Positions 15,769 to 25,200 of a stretch of DNA of 30,837 bases are shown one piece after another. Each line of letters opens with the position of its first letter. Position 1 is the first letter of the stretch. Both the position numbers and the translations under genes were made by a program. The notes below the pieces were generated by a model. The model had not been told where the DNA came from. It worked only from the letters and a program-made list of their open reading frames with translations, and made no database searches. Source of the DNA: a virus (taxonomy: Duplodnaviria > Caudoviricetes); the IMG/VR virus record IMGVR_UViG_3300044528_000009, positions 1-30,837 of that record, one strand, 5' to 3'.

Positions 15769-16014
15769 GAGATCAGTGTTCGCCCTGGTCAGACCACCAA
15801 GCGTTCCAGCACATCGATCGTCATCTTCGCTTGTGCCGTGAACAGGCGATCGAGTTGGTCGATGATGCGCTCGATCTTGTCATCGACTGAGTCGCGACGC
15901 TCTGCCGGATTGCACGGTGCTCAACTCCGATCTCAAGATCGGAGTTGGTGAAGCATGAGCGAGATGAACGTCACCATCGACACGCCGTAGTGCCCGCGCT
16001 GCGTGCAGAATGAA

Positions 16015-16050
16015 AGCACCCCCGCTGACCGTTTAGCAGCGGGGGTGCTT
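16015..16050 (-). terminator. Terminator after the two-gene cassette
   Basis: AAGCACCCCCGCTG/CAGCGGGGGTGCTT stem, then TTTCATT on the minus strand. Confidence 0.6.
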
Positions 16051-16082
16051 CATGTTCGCAGAGAAGTTAGACGGCTAACTTC

Positions 16083-16559
16083 TCACACAGCGATGTTGTC
16101 GAGCGCGACCGCTGCCAATCGTTCCGCCGCTTCAACCGTCCGCACGAAGTTGTCGAAAACAAGATCAACCGTCGTATCGGCTTGCGTGCCGGTCGCCTTC
16201 ACCGCGGCTTGCACTTCGTGCCGCCAATCACTCACCAACCGCTGCAACAGATCGTGCGCCGACCATCGTGCTGCCTTCACCCGCGCCCGGCCACGCGTCT
16301 TCGTGTCAGCGGTCGGTCCGGCAAGTATCTCCCATCGCGCTTTCTGCCCGTACTCACGACACGCGAGTATCCAGCGCGTGTCGCCAGCACGCTGCGCTTG
16401 GCGATGCACTTGCAGCCGCGAACTCAACTTCACAACCGTCACGTTGCCGAGTGCTGCCAAGGTCGCGGTACGAAAACCGATCGGCTGCACACCCCGTTGT
16501 TTCATCTTCTTGACGTAGCGATCAACGAGCTTGTCAACGAACTCAGCGGTGTAGTTCAC
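16083..16559 (-). CDS. Hypothetical protein
   Basis: GTG start overlaps the upstream TGA; 158 aa, basic. Confidence 0.7.
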   Translation of the reverse strand: MNYTAEFVDKLVDRYVKKMKQRGVQPIGFRTATLAALGNVTVVKLSSRLQVHRQAQRAGDTRWILACREYGQKARWEILAGPTADTKTRGRARVKAARWSAHDLLQRLVSDWRHEVQAAVKATGTQADTTVDLVFDNFVRTVEAAERLAAVALDNIAV

Positions 16560-17368
16560 AACGACACCCCGATGCTCGCCGCCCATTCCCGATCGCGGTC
16601 GGTAAGCCGAGCGTTGCCGCGCAGCACCTTCAAGTTGCGCTCGACACGATCAAGCGCCTTGTTGAACGAATCGAGGTACTCAAGACCGAACTCTTCACGA
16701 CAGAAGATCGCGTTCGCGAGATCGGATGCGGCACCGTCGAGATAGTCGGTTGCTTGATCCTGCGGCATCGGCAACGCGCGGCGCATGCTGTCATCGAACT
16801 CGCGAAGACGCGCGGCGTCTTCGCGAGCTTCACGTTCGATGATCTTGCGATGCTGCTTGTGCACGATCGCCGGGCGGTCTTCGGCGGTGCGCTCAACGAT
16901 CGCTTCGATCGCATCGTGCTTGAGGTCTTGCGTCATTGCTTCCACGAACACGTCGCGTTCGTCGGGCTTCATGTTGTTGATGCGCCGGGCGAACGCGTCG
17001 GGTGTCGTCTCCGTGTACCGCTTCTTGCCCTTGTCGTCCTGCCGTCCGGGCCAATCGATCACCGGTAGCTCAACGCTGTCGCCGGGTACGCATTCGGGTG
17101 CGTGCCCGTCTTCGATCGCGTTTGCCCATATACGGCGGTACTCGCTCACAACATCAGGATCACGCAATCCGTTGATGCCGAGCTTGGCGAACTCCTTGAA
17201 CGTGAAGGTAGAACCGGGTTTCCCCGGTTTCTCGCCGCGCCCGTCATGCGTGAACGCGTACACGATCGCAGCGCGTTCCCACTGCTTCGCGTTGAGCAAT
17301 CTCCCGAGACCGTTCAACGCGGTCGTTACTTGCCGGATCGTCGTCGGAATGTCAACAACGGTTGCCAT
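16556..17368 (-). CDS. Hypothetical protein, possible HTH DNA-binding regulator
   Basis: GAAAGGAAG RBS; WERAAIV...TFKEFAKLGINGLRDPDVVSEYRRIW is HTH-like. Confidence 0.6.
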   Translation of the reverse strand: MATVVDIPTTIRQVTTALNGLGRLLNAKQWERAAIVYAFTHDGRGEKPGKPGSTFTFKEFAKLGINGLRDPDVVSEYRRIWANAIEDGHAPECVPGDSVELPVIDWPGRQDDKGKKRYTETTPDAFARRINNMKPDERDVFVEAMTQDLKHDAIEAIVERTAEDRPAIVHKQHRKIIEREAREDAARLREFDDSMRRALPMPQDQATDYLDGAASDLANAIFCREEFGLEYLDSFNKALDRVERNLKVLRGNARLTDRDREWAASIGVSL

Positions 17369-17452
17369 GTGCTTCCTTTCATGGTGATGAGGATGACGAT
17401 AGGGGAAGCTCGGGATGCTAGCAGGGATGGGGAGTACGGATCATCTCACAGT

Positions 17453-17468
17453 TGATAGACGTCTAACA
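17453..17468. promoter_or_regulatory. 16-bp dispersed site, copy 9
   Basis: TGATAGACGTCTAACA, immediately after the stop of 17469-17561 and upstream of the 270-aa gene. Confidence 0.85.
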
Positions 17469-17561
17469 TCATCCGTCACGCGCGTTGAGCACCACGCCGA
17501 GCAGCACGCACAATCCGAAGCCGACGATGAACCCGAGCGCGAAACCCGTCACCCACGTCAC
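17469..17561 (-). CDS. 30-aa single-TM peptide (lysis cassette)
   Basis: Hand-translated MTWVTGFALGFIVGFGLCVLLGVVLNARDG; GTGA overlap with the endolysin stop. Confidence 0.55.
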   Translation of the reverse strand: MTWVTGFALGFIVGFGLCVLLGVVLNARDG

Positions 17562-18289
17562 GACCACAAGATCGTGTAGGTGCCGACTTCGTTGTTGCCG
17601 AGATCGCGCAACTCTTCGATGCCGCGCCCGTCGGGACGGCCGTCGTTGCCGACCGTCGGCGTGATGTCGATGAGCCGCGCGTTGCGCGAACGCACGAGCG
17701 GATCGGGATTGACGAACACGCGATTGCGTCCCGACGGCTGATCGCCGCGCAGCGACGCCCCGTTCTCAAGCAGCACCGCACCGATCGCGGGTACCGGTCG
17801 AGCCGTGCCCCGTCGGCCGTTCGTGACACGAGGACTAGCGACAGTGGTCAAGAGCACCTCCGGGGGTGGCGGGGGAGCGGGTGGCGGGGTCGGCGGCACC
17901 GTCCCGGCCTGGCATGCGGCGACGATCTGATTCCACACGTTCATCGTGTGCGAGCCGGGGCACACCGTCGCCGAACCCGGCGAGTTGCGATGCGCGCGCA
18001 CCATCGGATTGTTCGTCACGTAACGACGGCCGCGCGCGTCGGCGACCGCATTGCGAATCAACGCGATGTCGTTCGCGGTGACGCCCTGCAACATGCGGTT
18101 CCCGCTGAGACAGACATCGAGCGAGCGCCCGTTGAATCCGCGTGTCGCCGTCGATCGCCACACGGTGCGCAAGTGCGAGAAGCGCGACACGCCGATCCAA
18201 TACGTGTACCCGCCGATGTCGACGACGACATCGCTCGGCGTGCCCGCGCCACGATGGTGGACGGTAACTAACGACACCGGGCCGGTCAC
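17558..18289 (-). CDS. Endolysin, N-acetylmuramoyl-L-alanine amidase (Amidase_2)
   Basis: VTVHH, GYTYWIG, FNGRSLDVCLSGN, AHRN...TVCPG; Pro linker; C-terminal domain. Confidence 0.85.
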   Translation of the reverse strand: MTGPVSLVTVHHRGAGTPSDVVVDIGGYTYWIGVSRFSHLRTVWRSTATRGFNGRSLDVCLSGNRMLQGVTANDIALIRNAVADARGRRYVTNNPMVRAHRNSPGSATVCPGSHTMNVWNQIVAACQAGTVPPTPPPAPPPPPEVLLTTVASPRVTNGRRGTARPVPAIGAVLLENGASLRGDQPSGRNRVFVNPDPLVRSRNARLIDITPTVGNDGRPDGRGIEELRDLGNNEVGTYTILWS

Positions 18290-18525
18290 GAAGCGTCTTC
18301 GTCGTCGTCAAGATGATCGTGGCCCGGTTCGTCGGTCGATTCCGCGGGCACGGGCTCTTCTTCGGGCTCGGGCTCGGTCGGTTCGGTCGGTTCGGTCGGT
18401 GTCATGTCGTGTCCCTTCTTCGGCGCCGAGCGTACGCGTGCGAGCACCTCGACGAACAGCCTGAACGCGGCGAACGCCGCGATGATCGCACCCTCGAAGT
18501 CGAGAATGATTGCGGTCCAGTGCAT
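18286..18525 (-). CDS. Putative holin-like membrane protein with acidic tail
   Basis: Hydrophobic N-half plus PTE repeats; directly upstream of the endolysin. Confidence 0.5.
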   Translation of the reverse strand: MHWTAIILDFEGAIIAAFAAFRLFVEVLARVRSAPKKGHDMTPTEPTEPTEPEPEEEPVPAESTDEPGHDHLDDDEDAS

Positions 18526-19304
18526 TACGCGATCCGAGCTTGGTAGAACACTGCGATCGACAGCACCGTCGCCGCGTTGACGAGTAGTCCGCCCGCCGTC
18601 ATGTTCCACACTTGGAAGCGCAGCGTGTCGAGCGTCGACGTGTCGAAGCACAGTCGTCCTTGCAACCACGGATGCCCGGCCTGCCCGCGCACGGGCGACA
18701 CGATCGCGCCGAGGATGCACGACGGGTTGAAGTCGATCGTGCCCATGTTGAACTCGCCCTGCGCGTTCGTCGTCGGTGCGTACGTGCCGACGATCAACTG
18801 CACGCTGCGCGTGTTGTCGTACGGCCCGAGGAACTGCCCGCCCCCGCCGACGACGCCGCGGTTCGTGATCGACTGAAACCCGACGGGCACGAGCGCGAAC
18901 GTGCACTGCGACGCGAGGTTCGCGTTCGCGGGAACGGTGATCGTGCCGAGCCGCACGCCGAGACGCCCGACGGTCGACACTTCGGGGACGAGCGCGAGTG
19001 ACCACTGCGCCGCGTCGGGATCGACGTCGATCCACACGACATCGGTGCGCGAGCCCGACGCCGGTCCCGCCGCGGGAATGACGGCCACGGGATCGTGCGT
19101 CGCGACGACACACGCGGTGCCGTCACCGGTCGACACGATCGCCCGGAACGGCGAGACGTTCACCGTCATGCCCGAGCCCGCGCTGAACGTCGGGCGCCGC
19201 TGCACACCGACACGGTTGTCGGCGAGCGCGGTGATGACTTCCCGGTCGCTGATCGCGTCGTAACTCCCGGCCTGGCCCCACATCAACAACCCGGTGACGG
19301 TCAT
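18525..19304 (-). CDS. Minor tail protein
   Basis: MTVTGLLMWGQAGSYDA...SGMTVNV...RTDVVW...LGTITVPANA; AGGAG RBS. Confidence 0.75.
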   Translation of the reverse strand: MTVTGLLMWGQAGSYDAISDREVITALADNRVGVQRRPTFSAGSGMTVNVSPFRAIVSTGDGTACVVATHDPVAVIPAAGPASGSRTDVVWIDVDPDAAQWSLALVPEVSTVGRLGVRLGTITVPANANLASQCTFALVPVGFQSITNRGVVGGGGQFLGPYDNTRSVQLIVGTYAPTTNAQGEFNMGTIDFNPSCILGAIVSPVRGQAGHPWLQGRLCFDTSTLDTLRFQVWNMTAGGLLVNAATVLSIAVFYQARIA

Positions 19305-19312
19305 CGCTTCTC

Positions 19313-20497
19313 CTAGATTGGGGTCGCGTTGCGACGGAACATCGCGACCTGCGTAGCACTGACGCGCGCCATGCGCGTCGATAATGTTGGTCGGCCGAGG
19401 CTCGGCGGCGACGTGACCGTGACCGTCCACCCGACCTTGCCCGAGTCGCAGTCGACGTCGAGCCCGGCCAGTCGGCCGTCGAGCACCATCGAGTCCGGGT
19501 GCAGCGCGTCGCGCACGAAGACGAACACGTCGTCGCCGAGCCCGTACGTTCCCAACTCGGGGTCGGTCTCGAACGTCGAGCCCTGCACTTGCAAGCTCGG
19601 CGTGTCGTACAACTGCGCGTACGTGTTCGCCCGGTCGAGCAATGTCTGCAAGATGATGACACCCGGCCAGTCGTCGATGTGATCGATGCGCGGCACGAGC
19701 GGTTGCGGCCGGTCGACGATCTGTACCGGCCGGTCGCTGTCGGCGTCGCCGTCTTCGGGTTGGTCGCCGACCGCGAACGTGCGCGTCCGCATCAACTGTC
19801 CGTCGTAGGTGACCGTCGGGTCGATCGCGTCGCCGGGGACGATGAACCCGACCTGCGCGCCCGGTGTGCCGACGCGCGGGTACGCGATGCGCAACGTCGC
19901 CGTCGGGCGGGCGTTCAACGTGTCGAGCGCATACTCGGCGCGAAACTCCGGTCCCTGAATGACGTTGCTCAAGTTCGAGAGCAGGTCCGAGCGGTACGGC
20001 CCTTCGAGGAACGTGTAACTGCGATCGCGTAAGAAGCCCGGCCCCGGCTCGACGACGAGCGCCATGCCGATGTCGGTGATCGGCGCCGCGATCTGTCGTG
20101 CGATCTCGACTTGCTCCACCTGGTCGTAACGCACCCCGCCCGCGACATCGAACGCACGTTTCGTGAGATAGCCCGACAACTCGGTGAGTTGCACGGTGAC
20201 GGTGTTCAGCGACGCGCTGATGATCGCCGACGGCACACCGCACCACAACGGCTTGTCGTCGTACATCACCCACGCGCGCCATGACCACAAGCGCATCAAG
20301 TCCGTGAAGTCGAGCGGTGATTCGCTCACGACGAGTTCCATCTCGCCGGTCCCGAAACCCGACAACGATTGCGAGTAGTGCAGTTGCGTCGTTTGGATCG
20401 GTCCGAGCGGGGTGCCGTCGAAGCGATCGCACCACACCGACCACTTACCGGGCAGCACGGGCGGATGCGCTTCGGGATGCGCGGCGGGGAGAATCAC
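19313..20497 (-). CDS. Minor tail protein (ReqiPepy6 gp37-like / baseplate hub)
   Basis: W.W..WVMYDDKPLWCG...; position after Dit; GTGA overlap. Confidence 0.75.
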   Translation of the reverse strand: MILPAAHPEAHPPVLPGKWSVWCDRFDGTPLGPIQTTQLHYSQSLSGFGTGEMELVVSESPLDFTDLMRLWSWRAWVMYDDKPLWCGVPSAIISASLNTVTVQLTELSGYLTKRAFDVAGGVRYDQVEQVEIARQIAAPITDIGMALVVEPGPGFLRDRSYTFLEGPYRSDLLSNLSNVIQGPEFRAEYALDTLNARPTATLRIAYPRVGTPGAQVGFIVPGDAIDPTVTYDGQLMRTRTFAVGDQPEDGDADSDRPVQIVDRPQPLVPRIDHIDDWPGVIILQTLLDRANTYAQLYDTPSLQVQGSTFETDPELGTYGLGDDVFVFVRDALHPDSMVLDGRLAGLDVDCDSGKVGWTVTVTSPPSLGRPTLSTRMARVSATQVAMFRRNATPI

Positions 20498-21423
20498 GCC
20501 CACGACTCTCTCCACTCCAAGGTGACGGAACCGTTGCCCGTCGGTGCGTACAACGACCACGCTCGCGACGAGCGCGCCGGAACGAGTAGCGCCGAACTCC
20601 CGGCTAACAAGAACGACGCGCGTGAGTACCCGCCCGGCGCGCTCGTCGCGAGCGTCTCGGTGTTCACATAGATCGTCACCCCGTCGGGGATCGCGGCCAT
20701 GACGATGTAGCTCGTGCCGTCGCTCAAGCGTGACTGCCCGAGCGGTCCGCGCCACGTTGCCATGACCGGCGCGTCGGCGCTGCCCCGGTTCGTGAGCGTT
20801 GCCCGGTTCGGCACCTGATATTCGCCGTAGCTCCACCGGCCGTTCGGCACGGCGCTCGCGCGCACGATGCGCCCGTTCGAGAGCCGCCGAGCCCGCACGC
20901 TGAGCGCCGTCGCGCCTTCGGTATACGCGCGGTCGTACTCGCGCCCCGACGCGCCGACATGACCGGGGCGCAGCACGATCGAGTTCATCATCTCGCCGTA
21001 CTTGCGCGGGTCGACAGCGCGCACCGGGATCGTGTAGCGGAACGCGAGCGGCCCGAGCCATGTCTGCGTGAACGTGCCGGTCGCGCGCACTTCGGCGAGC
21101 ATGCGGATGCCGAGGATCGGGTCGCTCACGACGAAGACGCTCGGTATTTTCGCGACGGCGCGCATCGCAAGCTGATCGTGCACGTCGACGAGCGTCTCGC
21201 GCGTCCCCGCGACGAGGATGCCGTGCAGCATCATGTCGCGTGCCTTCGTGACCTTCGGCCCGAGCACCATGCCGTCGACGAGCGTGCGCTCGGCGTCTTG
21301 CGGATCGGTCTCGGGTGTGCCGTACCACCCCTCGAAGTCCTCGACGATCAGCGACGAGCCGTCGGGGCGCTCGTCGTTCAGCGCCAGGCCGTCCCACACC
21401 ACATCGGGCAGGCGCTCGATCAC
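20494..21423 (-). CDS. Distal tail (Dit-like) protein
   Basis: FEGWYGTP...DG..LGP....R...LHG...AVDPRKYG...N.G...AP..W. Confidence 0.75.
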   Translation of the reverse strand: MIERLPDVVWDGLALNDERPDGSSLIVEDFEGWYGTPETDPQDAERTLVDGMVLGPKVTKARDMMLHGILVAGTRETLVDVHDQLAMRAVAKIPSVFVVSDPILGIRMLAEVRATGTFTQTWLGPLAFRYTIPVRAVDPRKYGEMMNSIVLRPGHVGASGREYDRAYTEGATALSVRARRLSNGRIVRASAVPNGRWSYGEYQVPNRATLTNRGSADAPVMATWRGPLGQSRLSDGTSYIVMAAIPDGVTIYVNTETLATSAPGGYSRASFLLAGSSALLVPARSSRAWSLYAPTGNGSVTLEWRESWA

Positions 21424-22076
21424 GGCGCGAACTGATCGCCGACGCGGATGAGCGAGAGGTGGTGCATCGAAGCGTTCCCACTGGTCGGCGGGTTGCCGGT
21501 GTGGTGCACGCGGAACGTGTCGCCGTCGGTGCATTGACGCAGCCACGACCCCGAGATGTAGTTGTTCGGGTTGCCTGGGTTCACGAGCCCGCCGACGACG
21601 AGCGCGTAGGTTGTGCCCGCCGCGTTGCGCAACTCCGCCGAGATCGCGGCGACGGTCGGGCTCTGGTAGCGCATGGTGAGGTTGATGAGGTAGAGCCCGC
21701 CCGCGCCAGCGGGCAGCGTGATCGTGTTGTTCGCCAGCCATGACGACGGACCTTCGAGCACGGCGTTGATCGGCAGCACCGAGTTGATCGCCGGAGCGAC
21801 GGTGCTCGGACCCTGCACGACGATGCCGCGCGGCCGTATCGGTTCGATGGCGACGATGCGCCATGCGCCGTTAGCGAACACGGAGACCTGTTGCGTCGAG
21901 AGCAAGTACGACATCGCACCTTCATGCGGCTGCGCCCACTGCGCGTTGCGCTCGGTGGGATCGGCGAACACGTTGACCGACTGATCCCACAAGACGTTTC
22001 CCCACTCTTGCGAGCGAATCGGGAACGGCGCACCGGGGTCAGACGGCGGTGCGATCTGGATTCGTCCGGTCGGCAT
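21420..22076 (-). CDS. Minor tail/virion protein
   Basis: WGN...DQSVNVFADPTERNA....PHEGAMSYL; C-terminal beta-rich domain. Confidence 0.65.
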   Translation of the reverse strand: MPTGRIQIAPPSDPGAPFPIRSQEWGNVLWDQSVNVFADPTERNAQWAQPHEGAMSYLLSTQQVSVFANGAWRIVAIEPIRPRGIVVQGPSTVAPAINSVLPINAVLEGPSSWLANNTITLPAGAGGLYLINLTMRYQSPTVAAISAELRNAAGTTYALVVGGLVNPGNPNNYISGSWLRQCTDGDTFRVHHTGNPPTSGNASMHHLSLIRVGDQFAP

Positions 22077-22267
22077 CAATCACCCCAGTTGGTCGAGTCC
22101 CAGTAGTCGGTATCCCACAACGGCAGTGCAGTCACGGTGACGCTGCCGGTCAAGCCCTGCGCGTCGGTGGCAGTAATCGTTTGCTGCGCGTAGTCGGCGA
22201 ACGTGTGTTGCGCGATGACACCTTCTTGTGTCGTCGTGCCGTCGCCCCAGTCCCAAGTGATCGTCAT
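22076..22267 (-). CDS. Mini PKD (Ig-like) domain protein
   Basis: WDWGDG...HTF......ITATDAQG PKD signature; WDTDYWDSTNW tail. Confidence 0.7.
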   Translation of the reverse strand: MTITWDWGDGTTTQEGVIAQHTFADYAQQTITATDAQGLTGSVTVTALPLWDTDYWDSTNWGD

Positions 22268-22282
22268 GTTAGACGTCTATCA
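22267..22282. promoter_or_regulatory. 16-bp dispersed site, copy 10
   Basis: TGTTAGACGTCTATCA fills the gap between the tape measure stop and the PKD ATG. Confidence 0.85.
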
Positions 22283-22283
22283 G

Positions 22284-25200
22284 TCACGAGACCCATCCGA
22301 TCTCTCGGTCCACGACGCGTGCGACTTCGCGCCCGTCGATGACGACGCTCGTGCCCTGCTCGGTTGCGTACGCGATGCGACGCAGCAACTCGACGACGCT
22401 CGCCATGTTCTGACCGTCCTGCGCCGCACGCGACAAGTCGTCCCACTGCCGCGGCGTGAGCACCGGCTCCGGTCGACCGGTGTTGTTCACCGCGATCGAC
22501 GCGCCGGTCGGCAACCACCCGCCCGCGTCGTAGCCGCCGCCCGGACGCCACCGGCCGAGCGAATGCGGATTCGCGCCGTAGCGGCCCATGATGTAGCGGA
22601 TCGCGGCGGCGATGTTCGATACCGGGTCCCAAATGTTCGGCGACAACTGCGGATGCCGGTACGCGGCGAACGTCGGGTCGATGACCTGCATGAGGCCCTT
22701 CGACGGCACGCCGTTCTGCGCGTTGATGTCCCAGTTGTTGATCGCTCTCGGATTGCCGCCCGACTCCCGCTGAATCTGATACGAGATCGCGGCTGCCCAT
22801 ATCGCCGGGTTCACGCCCGTCGCCCGGATCGCGGTCGCGACCCACTCACCGAGCGTGCCGCCGACCGTCGCGCCCGCGGCTGCGGCTTCGGCCGCGAGGT
22901 GCAAGTGATCGCGGTGCCCGGCCCATGTTGCCGGTCCCCACAAGCTCGCCGGGACGATCTGACCGTTCTTCACCGAGAGCGTCGGGTTGTGAATACCTTC
23001 GAGCAACGCCGCGGCCATCGTGCGCTGCACCCACGCGCCCGCTTCGGCCATCACCGGAACGGGACCGGCGAGATCTCGGGCGAGGTTCTTCGAGTGGTAG
23101 CTCTTCGTGTCGCCGGGACGCAACGCGCTCGTCACGCGTAGCTGCGGATACTGCGCAATGATCTGCGCGACGATCTCGTCGATGCCCATGCCGAACGACG
23201 GCACGTCGTCTTCGGCCTTGCCGCGGATGAGTTGAATCCCGAGATCGATGACCCAGTGCGCGGTCTTCTTCATCCACTGCACCCACGCCGCGTCGCCGGG
23301 GATCATGTCGATGAGCGGGCGGATCGTGACGTTCGCCATCTTCTCGAACGCGTCGGCGGCGACCTTGCGCAGCATGTTCGTCGCTGCGTTCACGACGTCT
23401 TTGCCGAAGTCCCACACGCCCCCGGCGATCGATTTTCCCTTGTCGATGATGTCGCCGACGATGTTCGACGGGGTGAAGTCGACGAGCCCGCCGCTCGCGT
23501 AGCGCGGAAGGCTGCGAAGGTTGCCGTACCCGAGCGCCGCGGCTTGGCGCTTCGTGAGCACCCACTCGCCCGGTTCGAGCAACGCGGGCACACGATCGCC
23601 GCCGCCCCACCCGCCCGGCACGCGTCCGCCTTGCGCGAACGTCGGGATCGAACGCGAGTCAATCTTCGGGATCTTGTCGATCCCCACCTTGTCGAGAAGC
23701 CAGTTGATGCCGTCGAGCAACGGGTTGATGATCTTGTCGATCACGATCTTGATCGGCGTGCCGACCGCCTTCTTCAAGACGTCCCACACTTTGCCGATCG
23801 CGTTGACGGCCCACTCGAACGTCGAGCGCAGCGCGCGCAAGCCGTCTTCCATCAACCCCCACGCGCGTTGAATGACGTTCACCCACACCCAGTTGATGCC
23901 CGTGCCGAGCGCGTTCCACAAGCTCGTGATGCGATTCCACGTCGGTTGAATCACGACGGTCCACATCCAGTTGACCGCGGCACCGAGCGCGTTCCACGCG
24001 CGTTGAATGATGTTCACCCACACCCAGTTGAACGCGGCGCCGAGCGCGTTCCACACCGCGATGTACGCGTTGAACGTGCGAAGGATGACGTTCACCCACA
24101 CCCACAAGATCGCGTCACGCAGCGCATACCACGCTCGTTGAATGATGTTGACCCACACCCAGTTGAACGCGGCGCCGAGCCAGTTCCATATCGCCACGTA
24201 CGCGCGGAACGTCGGCAGCAACACCGCGTTCCACACCCAGTTGACGGCCGCGCTCAGCGCATCCCACACGCGCTTGATGACGTTGACCCACACCCAGTTG
24301 AACGCGGCGCCGACCGCGTTCCATGCGGCGATGATCGCATTGCGGAAGTACGTGAATGCGAGCAACGCGATCGCGAGCGGCAAGATGAACGGCGCGAGGA
24401 TGATCGCGGCGAGCAACGGCCAGTTATTTTTGATCCAGTTGAACGCGACGAGGATCGCTCCCCATATCGCGTCGACGGCTCCCTTGATCGCGCCGTACAC
24501 CGCATTCCACACGCCGATGACCTGATCGCGGAAGAAGAAGAAGATCGCCAGTGCGGCCGCGAGCGGCAGTGCGATCGGTGCGAGCAGGATGACGGCGAGC
24601 AGCTTCCAGTTGTCGACGATCCAATAGAACACACCTTGTATCGCCTGCCAGAGCCAGTCGATCGCGGCCCGGAACCATCCGACCTTGTTGTACGCGAGGA
24701 TGATGCCGCCGATGAGCAACGCGATCGCGGCGACGATCAAGCCGATCGGGTTCGCGGCCATCGCCGCGTTCCACAACCATTGCGCGGCGGCGGCGATCTT
24801 CGTCGCGATCGCCTGCGCGAGTTGCCCCGACGTGAGCAGCTTCGTCGCGGTGACGATTCCCTTGATGATGTTCACGATGCCGACGGTCGTCTTGTAAACG
24901 GCCCACGCGGCGGCGCCTGCGAGCACCGCCTTCGTGATCGGACCGAGCACCGGCAACAAGTTCTCGAACCATCCGAGCAACGTCTCGACCATCGGGAGCA
25001 CGATCTGCAACGCGCCCGACACGAGATCGATCCCGATCGCGAGTCCCTGCCCGAGCCAGTCGGCCGCTTCTTTCAACGTCGGCAACATCGCTTCGAGCGC
25101 GCCGCCGAGGAACGAGCCGATCGCCTTCACGACGTCCATGACGGGCGGACCGAGATCGCGGAACGCGCGGATGATCGCGTCGATCGCCGGTTGCAGTCCG

